A DNA stretch of 60,241 nucleotides, filler included. It is 7 parts of 7 records of this genome, joined end to end, with 100 filler letters (N's around TTAATTAATTAA, not from the genome) between each part and the next. Parts side by side here need not be neighbours in the genome. Positions count along the whole stretch, not along the records: positions 15,564 to 26,455 come from SRR31156797_13619; 6 more parts are not named here. One strand, written 5' to 3'. Each line of letters starts with the position of its first letter. Position 1 is the stretch's first letter. Shown here in pieces: positions 17,189-26,555 of the stretch. The notes under the pieces were generated by a model. It made no database searches. It was given only the letters and a program-made list of their open reading frames with translations, and was not told the DNA's origin. A program made the position numbers and the translations under genes.

Positions 17189-20100
17189 ATGATGAAAAAT
17201 ATTTATATCGTATGTATTGTTGCACTGATAATTGTATCGTTTGGCAGCTGTAACCCATCGGCAGAGAAAACCAAAGAAGATGCTATTAAAATGATGACTG
17301 CCCAGACCTTAGGACTGGCTTATCTTGAGGAGTTTAAATTGGTGGAAGCAGAAGGTGAATTTCTGAAATATATAGAAATGGCACCCGACGATAAACTGGG
17401 ATATGCAAATCTGGGGTTAACATATTTGCGAATGGGAAAGTACCCGGAAGCTGAAGAACAACTTCAGAAAGCCATTAAAATTGATGCAAATGATGCCGAT
17501 ATTAGTTTAATTCTTGCCACTGTTTACGAAATGAACAGTGAACGCGAAAAAGCAATTTCAATTCTTAACGAGGCACTAAAAATTGCACCTGGCCATATAA
17601 AAATTTTGTATTACCTCGCCGATTTATATTCAACCAATTCAGATGAAAAATCATCGGAATTACGAAAAAACTGCATAACGCAACTTGCTGAAAAAGCACC
17701 GGGAAATATTGTTCCACAACTGAGTTTAACCGAAATTTACATAAATAATAACGATGCCGACAAGGCTATTCAGCAGTTGGAAATTATTGCAAAACAATTT
17801 CCTGAATTTCCAAAAGAAGCCATTAATTTTTACGATGAAACACTGGATTTGCTGCGAAAAAATGATATTTCAAATGCAACCGTACAATTTACTTTCTTTC
17901 ATAATTATATGAAGGTTACTTCCCCATACCAGGCAGGTATTGTAGATTTGAAAGGACCGGGCGGCTCGTTAATTGGCTTTCCGTTGATTGTTTATAATCA
18001 GCAACTTTTAAAGCAGGTGGTCGAAAACAAATCGCTGATTGATATAATTAAGTTTACCGAAGCAAGTGTTTCAGCAGGAATTTCTACCGATGCTTCCCGA
18101 TTAAATCATGTAAAAGCGGCCGATTACGATGGCGATGGTGATGTAGATATTTATTATGGAAGTTTCGATTCGGCAACTTCTTCCCATAAACATTTTCTTT
18201 ATAACAACGAAATGGGACGGTTTAGTGATGTCTCTTCTGAGGTTGGAATAAATCACAGCGGTGAGGAAATTTCATCCATTTTTATTGATTACGACAATGA
18301 TGGATTTCTCGATTTGTTTATTGTGAGGGAAGAGGGAGATATATTATACAGGAATGCCGGAGAAAGTAAATTTGAAGATGTTACTGCTGATGCCGGTATT
18401 GGCAGTAAAAGCGGGAGTAACAAAGCGTTGTTTTTCGATTTCGACCAGGATGGAGACTTAGATCTTTTTGAAGCCTGCAATAATAGAAATTTAATGTTCC
18501 GAAATAATGGCGATGGTACTTTTACCGAACAGGCCGAAAAAGCCGGACTCGCAGGAGACGATGAGCAAACAGTGGATGTCGCTCTTGGTGATTTTGACGA
18601 CGACGGTGATGTTGATTTAATTGTTGTGAATAATTCGGGAACGATTTTATATTCAAATCAGCGGCAGGGCGTTTTCAAAGATATTACTGCCGAATGTGGA
18701 TTGGAATTGGTTACTAATGTTAATTCGGTTGACGTGGCCGATTATAATAATGACGGATTTCTTGACCTGTTTTTCACCTCTGACCATTTTGAAAATATCG
18801 GTTTGTACCGAAATCAGGGAGATGGAAGTTTTGTTCCGTTAAATGGGAATAAGAATTTGTTTTCGGCATTACAAAATGTAAAAACTAACGATGTTCGTTT
18901 TGTTGATTTCGATAACGATGGATTTCAGGATGTTTTAATTGCCGGAGAATCTTTAACAGACGGTAACACAGGAATCTTTCTCTTTAATAACGATAGCGTC
19001 GATCATTTTTCAGATGTTTCTTCTTTACTGCCCGATGAATATAAATCGGGAAAACAAATAGATATATTCGATTATAACGATGATGGTGATTTGGACTTTC
19101 TAATTGCAGGTAAAAACGGATTGCTTTTATTACGAAACGACGGTGGTAGCATGAACCATTACCTTAATATGAAATTGGTTGGGCTGAGAACCGGAAGTGC
19201 AAAAAATAATCATTTTGGAATTGGTGCAAAAGTTGAAATGAGAAGCGGCGACCTTTATCAAACGAAAGTTGTTTCAGAACCGGGTATTCATTTCGGATTG
19301 GGACATCGTACAAATGCCGATATTATTCGAATTACCTGGACAAACGGTGTTCCGCAGAATATTTTTCAGCCCGGAGCCGACCAGGCACTGCTTGAAGCTC
19401 AAACATTAAAAGGATCGTGCCCGTTTTTGTATACATGGAATGGAAGTGAATATGTTTTTGCCCGCGATATTATCTGGAGAAGCGCTCTGGGAATGCCTCT
19501 CGGGATAATGGGAGGGACAACAAAATATGGCTTTGCCGATGCTTCTGACGATTATATAAAAATACCGGCAGAATTATTAAAACCCAAAAACGGAAAATAT
19601 TCAATGCAGTTAACTTCCGAACTATGGGAAACCATTTATATCGATGAATTAAACCTGGTTGTTGTCGACCACCCCGATTCAATTGATATTTTTGTTCCTG
19701 AGCAGTTCTCTCCGCCGCCTTTCCCCGGAGATAAAATGTATCAGGTAAAAGATAAAATTACACCTGTTTCTGCTATTGATCAGGATGAAAACGATGTGCT
19801 CTCTTTTATTGCTGAAGATGATGATAAATATTTAGCAGGATTTAATTCCGACAGATACCAGGGAATTACCGAAATGCACAGTTTAATTCTTGACCCAGGT
19901 GATGTGTCTGCAGAAAATGAATTATTTCTTTTTATGAAAGGGTGGATTTTCCCTACCGATGCAAGTATTAATGTTGCGCTTTCTCAGTCTGATGCTTTGC
20001 AATCCAATTCTCCGGTTATTCAGGTTGTAAACAGCAATGGTGAATGGGAAACAGTGGTTAACAATGTTGGTTTTCCAATGGGAAAAGATAAAACTGTAAT

Positions 20101-20737
20101 TACCGATCTTTCAGGTAAATTTCTAACTTCAGATCACCGGGTAAGAATTTTAACAAATATGGAAATCTACTGGGATCACATTTTCTTTTCCAATAGAAAA
20201 ATAAATGCACCGGTGGTAACCACTATCCTCGAACCTGAAATGGCCGATTTGCATTACAGGGGATTTTCACGTACTTACAGAAAAGGTGGCAGATATGGAC
20301 CACACTGGTTCGATTATTACGATGTTGACAAAAATGTACAGTGGCGCGATCTTACAGGTAATTATACGCGTTATGGAGATGTGCAGCCGCTTTTAACTGA
20401 ATCGGACAGTAAATACATTATTTCGAATGCCGGGGATGAAACTTCCATAGAATTTGACACAGAAGCATTACCGGAACTGCAAAATGGCTGGAAGCGTTCA
20501 TTCCTTATTCATAGTGTTGGTTGGGTAAAAGATGGAGATATGAATACTGCATTGGGAAATACAGTGGAGCCACTGCCGTTTCACGGAATGTCGCAATATC
20601 CGCCATCAGAAACTGATGTTTATCCGAATGATACCGATCATCAAAACTATTTAAAAGAATATAATACAAGAATGGTAACATTCGATAATTTAAGAGATGC
20701 AATTAAAAATGGGGATTATAATGAAGCAGAGAACTAG
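17189..20737 (+). CDS. Lipoprotein with TPR repeats, FG-GAP/VCBS propeller, ASPIC/UnbV domain and unknown C-terminal domain
   Basis: Lipobox FGS-C; TPRs (YANLGLTYLRMGKYPEAE); repeated D(Y/F)DxDG.D motifs; IGAKVE..IHFGLG..IRITW; then GSCPFLYTWNG region. Confidence 0.85.
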   Translation: MMKNIYIVCIVALIIVSFGSCNPSAEKTKEDAIKMMTAQTLGLAYLEEFKLVEAEGEFLKYIEMAPDDKLGYANLGLTYLRMGKYPEAEEQLQKAIKIDANDADISLILATVYEMNSEREKAISILNEALKIAPGHIKILYYLADLYSTNSDEKSSELRKNCITQLAEKAPGNIVPQLSLTEIYINNNDADKAIQQLEIIAKQFPEFPKEAINFYDETLDLLRKNDISNATVQFTFFHNYMKVTSPYQAGIVDLKGPGGSLIGFPLIVYNQQLLKQVVENKSLIDIIKFTEASVSAGISTDASRLNHVKAADYDGDGDVDIYYGSFDSATSSHKHFLYNNEMGRFSDVSSEVGINHSGEEISSIFIDYDNDGFLDLFIVREEGDILYRNAGESKFEDVTADAGIGSKSGSNKALFFDFDQDGDLDLFEACNNRNLMFRNNGDGTFTEQAEKAGLAGDDEQTVDVALGDFDDDGDVDLIVVNNSGTILYSNQRQGVFKDITAECGLELVTNVNSVDVADYNNDGFLDLFFTSDHFENIGLYRNQGDGSFVPLNGNKNLFSALQNVKTNDVRFVDFDNDGFQDVLIAGESLTDGNTGIFLFNNDSVDHFSDVSSLLPDEYKSGKQIDIFDYNDDGDLDFLIAGKNGLLLLRNDGGSMNHYLNMKLVGLRTGSAKNNHFGIGAKVEMRSGDLYQTKVVSEPGIHFGLGHRTNADIIRITWTNGVPQNIFQPGADQALLEAQTLKGSCPFLYTWNGSEYVFARDIIWRSALGMPLGIMGGTTKYGFADASDDYIKIPAELLKPKNGKYSMQLTSELWETIYIDELNLVVVDHPDSIDIFVPEQFSPPPFPGDKMYQVKDKITPVSAIDQDENDVLSFIAEDDDKYLAGFNSDRYQGITEMHSLILDPGDVSAENELFLFMKGWIFPTDASINVALSQSDALQSNSPVIQVVNSNGEWETVVNNVGFPMGKDKTVITDLSGKFLTSDHRVRILTNMEIYWDHIFFSNRKINAPVVTTILEPEMADLHYRGFSRTYRKGGRYGPHWFDYYDVDKNVQWRDLTGNYTRYGDVQPLLTESDSKYIISNAGDETSIEFDTEALPELQNGWKRSFLIHSVGWVKDGDMNTALGNTVEPLPFHGMSQYPPSETDVYPNDTDHQNYLKEYNTRMVTFDNLRDAIKNGDYNEAEN

Positions 20738-22385
20738 AATAATTTTTTACAGTTTAATTTTAATGTGTTTGCCGGGGGTAATTTTTGCACAGAAAAGCAA
20801 AGAAGTATTTACCGAAATTAGCAGCAAAGCCGGTATCGATTTTAAATACACTTTTGGCGATGTTCATTACGAAAATATATTGGAAAGCAGTGGTTCGGGA
20901 ATTACCGTTTTTGATTTCAATAACGATGGATTAATGGATATTTACATGATGAACGGAACTTATCTGGAAGGTATTTCTGATTCGGATGGGAAAATATTTG
21001 CCGACACCCGCGATAAATTGTATAAAAATAATGGCGATGGTACTTTCTCCGATGTGTCAGAGGAAGCTGGGGTTGATGATCCAAACTGGAGTATGGCAGC
21101 CGGTGCAATCGATCTCGACAACGATGGATTTCAGGACCTTTTCCTGCTAAATTACGGGCCCAATGTATTCTTTCATAACAATGGCGATGGCACTTTCTCT
21201 GATATAACTGAAACTTTGGGTTTAAGAGGTCCGGAAAAGTTAAATGGATTTACAAAATGGAGTATTGGTGTGTCTTTCTGGGATTATAATTTAGACGGAT
21301 TGCTGGATGCAATGGTTGGCAATTTTCTGGCATTCGACCCTGAATACATTTCTACACAAACTCCTGGAATGATGCCACATCCCTCAGAATATAAAGGTCA
21401 GGCTTCAATGTTATATCAACAAAACTCCGATGGAAAGTTTGTTGATGTAACAAAAGAAAATAAATTGTTCTTCCCCGATTCTAAATGTATGGGATTAACC
21501 GTTTATGATTACGATGATGACGGAGATCTTGATATCTACCAGGCGAATGATCATCAAATGAATTATGTTTTCAAAAACGATAAAGGTATTTATACCGATG
21601 TTGCAGTAATAAGCGGAGTTGCAGCAAATAGTAGGGGAGTAGCAACTGGTTCGATGCATGGAACACTTGGCGATATTGATGGAGATGGATTAATCGATAT
21701 TTTGGTGGGAGACCTGAAATATGGAGCTTTGTATAGAAATTTGGGAAATGGTATTTTTGAAGATATTACAGAAAAAAGCGGTGTGGAAAGTGCTTTCTCA
21801 GGAAAAGGAAGCTGGGGAACAGCACTTTTCGATTACGATAACGATGGCGATTTAGATATTATCTCGGCCAATGGAACGGCAGAAGAATTAATTTTACAAT
21901 ATCCTTTATTGCTGGAGAATGATGGTACAGGGAAATTTGAAGATAAAGGAAAATCACTTGGTTCCTATTTTTCAACAAAACGTTCGGGGCGGGGACTTTC
22001 AATAATCGATTTTAATAACGACGGAAATCTGGATGTTATAATTTCTCATGTAGATTTGGAAGCTACACCGGCTCTTCTGAAAAATAATGGCGGAAACGGA
22101 AATCACTGGCTTGGAATACAACTGAAGGGAAAAAACGGACAGGCTGCTGAAATTGGTGCAAAAATAATACTAACCGTTGCCGGTAAAGAAAGAGTATTTA
22201 TAAACCAATGGACAACAGGTTATCTCTCGAATAGTGAGCCCCGCGTACATATTGGATTGGGTAAAAACAGAAACATCGATCAACTGGAAGTAAACTGGGC
22301 GGATGGTGAAAAAGAAATCTTTGAAAATGTTTCCATCGGCCAATACCAGACAATTCAACAAGGAAGTGGAGTAAGTATAAAATAA
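20721..22385 (+). CDS. CRTAC1-family (FG-GAP + ASPIC/UnbV) secreted protein
   Basis: Probable start at 20721 (MKQRTRII, signal peptide); DFNNDG/DYDNDGD repeats; NHWLGIQLKG..IGAKI..GYLS..RVHIGLG. Confidence 0.88.
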   Translation: MKQRTRIIFYSLILMCLPGVIFAQKSKEVFTEISSKAGIDFKYTFGDVHYENILESSGSGITVFDFNNDGLMDIYMMNGTYLEGISDSDGKIFADTRDKLYKNNGDGTFSDVSEEAGVDDPNWSMAAGAIDLDNDGFQDLFLLNYGPNVFFHNNGDGTFSDITETLGLRGPEKLNGFTKWSIGVSFWDYNLDGLLDAMVGNFLAFDPEYISTQTPGMMPHPSEYKGQASMLYQQNSDGKFVDVTKENKLFFPDSKCMGLTVYDYDDDGDLDIYQANDHQMNYVFKNDKGIYTDVAVISGVAANSRGVATGSMHGTLGDIDGDGLIDILVGDLKYGALYRNLGNGIFEDITEKSGVESAFSGKGSWGTALFDYDNDGDLDIISANGTAEELILQYPLLLENDGTGKFEDKGKSLGSYFSTKRSGRGLSIIDFNNDGNLDVIISHVDLEATPALLKNNGGNGNHWLGIQLKGKNGQAAEIGAKIILTVAGKERVFINQWTTGYLSNSEPRVHIGLGKNRNIDQLEVNWADGEKEIFENVSIGQYQTIQQGSGVSIK

Positions 22386-22464
22386 TTGAGGAAATCAATA
22401 GTTCTAAATTGAAGGATAATAAAAGTTCAGTGTATAAAAAATAATAATTATAAAAAACGAAATA

Positions 22465-23793
22465 ATGAATTTTCAATATGTGAGTAAGGTGGTGGATCTC
22501 ACCAATCCGGAAAAAAATGTCATTTATAATATGACACATGAAGAAGCAGTAAATATTGTTAAGTCGGGTGACGTTGAGGCAGTAAGGAAAATTGACGGAC
22601 AATTTGCTCTGATTTCGGTAGAGGAAAAAACAATCCGAATGGCAAGGTCTATCGGAAGACCACTGCGTTATTTTATCGCAAAAAGGGCTGCTGGCCCTCA
22701 ACTGGTAATTGCCGAACGTATTGATGTTATTTTTGATTACTTAAAAAAGGAAGGATTGGATGACCAGTTTCATCCTTCGTACAGCAGAATGGTTCCTGCC
22801 CATTATGTAACAAAAATAGAATTACTGGGTTGCCCCGATCCAAATCCGGTATACACACGGTTTTTCGCTCCGCAACGAAATAAATATAAAAAAAGCACTC
22901 CGGAAGAAATTGGCGCTCAGTATATTCGTGCTGTTTATAATGAAATTAAAAAATGGCTTCAGTTTAGGGCTAAATCTGGCCCGATTGGAGTAACATTTTC
23001 TGCCGGGATTGATAGTGGCTCGATATTTATTTTAACCTACCATGCGCTAAAAGAATTAGGCGAAAGTCCTTCAAGATTAAAAGCTTTTACACTTTCTGTT
23101 GATGGAGATGGTGCAGATTTAATGCAGGCCAGGAAATTCCTGGAAGCCCTGAACCTGGAAATGTTTCTGGAACCCATAGAACTTAATTATTCCGATTTAA
23201 ACTGGAAAGATGCTATTAGTGTTGTGGAAGATTATAAACCGTTGGATATTCAGTCGGCAACTATGAACCTGGCATTGTTAAAAGCGGTTAGATCACGCTA
23301 TCCGGAATGGAAATATATTATTGATGGTGATGGAGGCGATGAAAATATGAAGGATTATCCGATTGAAGAAAATCCTGAGTTAACAATCCGCAGTGTATTG
23401 AATAACTTAATGTTGTATCATGAAGGCTGGGGTGTTGAATCAATCAAACATTCATTAACATACTCAGGAGGATTAAGCCGTGGCTATATGCGAACATTCT
23501 CAACATCAGATTTATTAAATTTTGAAGGTTTCAGCCCATACACTTTACCCAATGTTATTGAAATATCAGAAGGAATACCATTTATTAAAATGACCGACTG
23601 GGATCATCAGAAATTATATGATTTGAAAGGAGAAATTGTTTCATGTGGTGTGAAAGCTTTGACAGGAATGGATATGCCTGTTTTTGAGAAAAGACGGTTT
23701 CAGCACGGTGCAACAACTCCAAAAGCTTTTGCCAGCCATTTTCCCGAGGGTGAGAAGCCATACAGAAGGGAATTCCTTTCGAAGTATGATTAA
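22465..23793 (+). CDS. Asparagine-synthetase-like ATP-dependent ligase lacking the glutaminase Cys
   Basis: PP-loop FSAGIDSG, DGDGGDE, EKRRFQ; remnant Ntn segment DGQFA..ARSIGRPLRY; no N-terminal MCG. Confidence 0.8.
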   Translation: MNFQYVSKVVDLTNPEKNVIYNMTHEEAVNIVKSGDVEAVRKIDGQFALISVEEKTIRMARSIGRPLRYFIAKRAAGPQLVIAERIDVIFDYLKKEGLDDQFHPSYSRMVPAHYVTKIELLGCPDPNPVYTRFFAPQRNKYKKSTPEEIGAQYIRAVYNEIKKWLQFRAKSGPIGVTFSAGIDSGSIFILTYHALKELGESPSRLKAFTLSVDGDGADLMQARKFLEALNLEMFLEPIELNYSDLNWKDAISVVEDYKPLDIQSATMNLALLKAVRSRYPEWKYIIDGDGGDENMKDYPIEENPELTIRSVLNNLMLYHEGWGVESIKHSLTYSGGLSRGYMRTFSTSDLLNFEGFSPYTLPNVIEISEGIPFIKMTDWDHQKLYDLKGEIVSCGVKALTGMDMPVFEKRRFQHGATTPKAFASHFPEGEKPYRREFLSKYD

Positions 23794-24736
23794 GAATTCG
23801 GATTATATTATTAATGATAATTGGATTCTGGCAAATCGCGGGAAAAAAAATCGTGTTGATTGGCAAAAACCATATGCCTGGATGGTAGAACAAGAGCGAT
23901 CTTTTTCAGGCGAAATTGTTGATACAGCAACCATATTTTTAACAAACCTGGAATGTCCGTATCATTGCTTGATGTGCGATTTGTGGAAAAACACCACTGA
24001 TGAACCGGTGCCGGCCGGGGCAATTCCCAAACAGATTGAATGGGCTCTGGAACAATTGCCACCTGCCAAACAATTAAAATTGTACAATAGTGGAAGTTTC
24101 TTCGATGAAGGTTCAATAACGGAAAAAGATTATCAAAAAATAGCTTCGCTTTGTGAGAATTTTGAGACTGTAATTGTTGAAAGTCATGCAAAACGAATCA
24201 ATAAAAAATGCCTCCGGTTCAGGGATATGCTTGTTCCTGAACTGGAGGTTGCCATTGGGCTTGAAACAGTTCATCCACAGGTATTAGAAAAGCTGAATAA
24301 GCGAATGACTCTTCACGATTTTCGAAATGCAGTGGAATTCCTTAATTCAAATGAAATCCGTTCAAGAGCATTTATTTTGTTACGGCCTCCGTTTATGTCG
24401 GAAGAAGAAGGAATTGACTGGGCAAAAAAATCAATCGATTATGCATTCGAAGTTGGTGTGGAATGTTGCATTATAATTCCTGTAAGAGGAGGAAACGGCG
24501 TAATGGAAATTTTGCAGGAGAATGGTGATTTTTATCCACCAGACATTAAATCGCTGGAGTCTGTTTTGGATTATGGTATCGGATTAAAGGGCGGTCGTGT
24601 TTTTGCCGATACCTGGGATATTGGATTGTTTTCGAAATGCGATAAATGTGTTGAAACAAGAACCCTTCGGTTAAATTCAATAAACCTGAACCAGAAAATT
24701 ACTGAAAAGGTAAAATGTACCTGCGATAAAAATTAA
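23786..24736 (+). CDS. Radical SAM enzyme, RaSEA/TIGR01210-like
   Basis: CPYHCLMC; KLYNSGSFFD, VIVESH, LEVAIGLET, FILLRPPFMSEEE. ATG at 23786 overlaps the upstream gene's end and is more likely than the ORF-track start at 23684. Confidence 0.82.
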   Translation: MIKNSDYIINDNWILANRGKKNRVDWQKPYAWMVEQERSFSGEIVDTATIFLTNLECPYHCLMCDLWKNTTDEPVPAGAIPKQIEWALEQLPPAKQLKLYNSGSFFDEGSITEKDYQKIASLCENFETVIVESHAKRINKKCLRFRDMLVPELEVAIGLETVHPQVLEKLNKRMTLHDFRNAVEFLNSNEIRSRAFILLRPPFMSEEEGIDWAKKSIDYAFEVGVECCIIIPVRGGNGVMEILQENGDFYPPDIKSLESVLDYGIGLKGGRVFADTWDIGLFSKCDKCVETRTLRLNSINLNQKITEKVKCTCDKN

Positions 24737-24761
24737 AATGGATTTTTTGTAGAATGGGAAA

Positions 24762-25682
24762 TCATTCGTTTATTCCAAAGTAGATTCCGGCTTTCCAATC
24801 CAAATCGTTTTCTCCCGAGTGTGGGTCGTTATAAAAAACTTCAATTATTTGTCCTGAAATATTTTTATCTGTTCTTTTTGCTTCTTCGAAAAGCTCGTAC
24901 CAGGCCATATCTGAAATACTGTAATTCCCGTAAAATTCACCTTTAATGGCTTTGGGCATTTTTACTGTTTTTAATTTAATATGCGAGTCTTCCGGCATTA
25001 ATTCAGGGTGTAAAACAGGAAAACAAAAATCAAATTGAATCGTGTCAGACAATGGCTCCCAATCGTTTATCTGAACCAGCGGATCTCCGGATAAGACGAG
25101 TTTATTAGCTTTTACAAACTGGTTTAATTGAAGAACAGTGTTCATCATTTCGTACGCTTTCCCCCGGGCAGTATTTTTTGCAGAAATGTAAACACACGGA
25201 ATCTCGTCGAAGGAATCAGTGCCAACAAAATTATACCTGAAATTTTTAGATAAAGATTCAATTTTGTTTTTTAAAAGTAATGTGTTTTTTGTTGTGCTCT
25301 CTTTAAAAGTGGTTTTAAAAAATGGCACTCTTATGCGGTTGTAAATTTTCCGTTTGTTATCCGAGATTCCAACTTTTACCCGTGTAGCCGAATCATTCTT
25401 TTGTTGAATGTCCCAGTTAAAAACTAAAGTAGTATCATCTAATACTTTTTGGGTTTCCAGATGACTCCACGGATTTTTATTTAAAATGTTGAATTTCTCT
25501 GTTTGAAGCGTTTTTCCACCCCATTCATTCCAATTGTAAATGCTTTGATAAACCACTGCAGGTTGTGCTTTTACCGTGAAATAGATTTTATAATCCCACG
25601 ATTTCAAAAATAAATACCAGGCTAAAAAACAGCCCATTAGTACAATAACAATTATGGTGAACAATCGAAAATTATACTTCAT
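24762..25682 (-). CDS. Membrane-anchored SRPBCC/GyrI-like domain protein
   Basis: N-terminal TM; C-terminal FDFCFPV..FYGNY..IEVFYNDP..WKAGIY. Confidence 0.7.
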   Translation of the reverse strand: MKYNFRLFTIIVIVLMGCFLAWYLFLKSWDYKIYFTVKAQPAVVYQSIYNWNEWGGKTLQTEKFNILNKNPWSHLETQKVLDDTTLVFNWDIQQKNDSATRVKVGISDNKRKIYNRIRVPFFKTTFKESTTKNTLLLKNKIESLSKNFRYNFVGTDSFDEIPCVYISAKNTARGKAYEMMNTVLQLNQFVKANKLVLSGDPLVQINDWEPLSDTIQFDFCFPVLHPELMPEDSHIKLKTVKMPKAIKGEFYGNYSISDMAWYELFEEAKRTDKNISGQIIEVFYNDPHSGENDLDWKAGIYFGINE

Positions 25683-26455
25683 TTTATTATGTCTTCAAAG
25701 TTTGTTAGTTTATTCCAGATTAATTTGCAATTATTTGGAGCAGCAACCAAATACAATTCATTTCCAACAGCAATAATTTCCAGTTCTCTAATTTCTTTTT
25801 GAGTGTAATTTAGGCCTGTTGTATATCCTTCTTTAATTTCACCATCTCCCGAAATTATAGTTCCCGAATTGGAAACAAACCTGCCGTGGTAAGGTGCCAC
25901 TCCTAAAAAGTTTGCCCCGGTTAAAATATCTTTTTCTCCGTCGTTATTGAAATCGAAAATCAGAAAACGGTTTATAGGCGAAATTTGTAATTCTTTTGAA
26001 AATGGTACAAATCGAAATTCATTTCCATTATTTTCGAGGTAGCCTGATTCCAGGGTGTTTACTTCCAGTAATTCAGATTTATTTAATAGCTCACCATCAA
26101 AAACCTGCTCTATTGTTTTTCCTGCATAATCGCGATAATTGATAAATTTATCACGGGTAAGTTTATCTAACTGGCTGTCGAGTTCATCTTTTGAGTTCAC
26201 CGGATAATAAACTCCATTTTTTTCCATTGCCAGAATAGTTTCTATTTGTCCGTTTTTATCGAAATCGTTAACGTACATTTTTAAGGGAAACTTCGGCGAT
26301 GCATGAAATTTGGAATTCAATCCCCAGTTTCCGAGCAGAAAGTCGGTGTCACCATCTTTATCTATATCTGATGGCGAAATCGTTCTCCATAATCCGTTTA
26401 ATTTTTCGGGTAGATATTTTTCGGTAACGTTTTTAAATTTTCCGTTTTCATTTTG
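25679..26455 (-). CDS. VCBS/FG-GAP repeat protein, C-terminal part (5'-truncated)
   Basis: Open from the contig edge: DIDKDGDTDFLLGNWGLNSKF, DFDKNGQ, DFNNDGEKD. Confidence 0.82.
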   Translation of the reverse strand, partial: QNENGKFKNVTEKYLPEKLNGLWRTISPSDIDKDGDTDFLLGNWGLNSKFHASPKFPLKMYVNDFDKNGQIETILAMEKNGVYYPVNSKDELDSQLDKLTRDKFINYRDYAGKTIEQVFDGELLNKSELLEVNTLESGYLENNGNEFRFVPFSKELQISPINRFLIFDFNNDGEKDILTGANFLGVAPYHGRFVSNSGTIISGDGEIKEGYTTGLNYTQKEIRELEIIAVGNELYLVAAPNNCKLIWNKLTNFEDIIK

Positions 26456-26555
26456 NNNNNNNNNNNNNNNNNNNNNNNNNNNNNNNNNNNNNNNNNNNNT
26501 TAATTAATTAANNNNNNNNNNNNNNNNNNNNNNNNNNNNNNNNNNNNNNNNNNNN

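Noticed and set aside
22386-22464. Lasso-peptide precursor next to the AsnB-like ligase
   Set aside because: Short AT-rich spacer with no credible ORF; no lasso peptidase or RRE gene in the contig
23684-23785. N-terminal extension of the radical SAM ORF
   Set aside because: Lies inside the upstream ligase gene; the coupled ATG at 23786 is more plausible
9368-23793. Functional link between the two asparagine-synthetase-family genes
   Set aside because: They lie on different contigs from apparently different phyla
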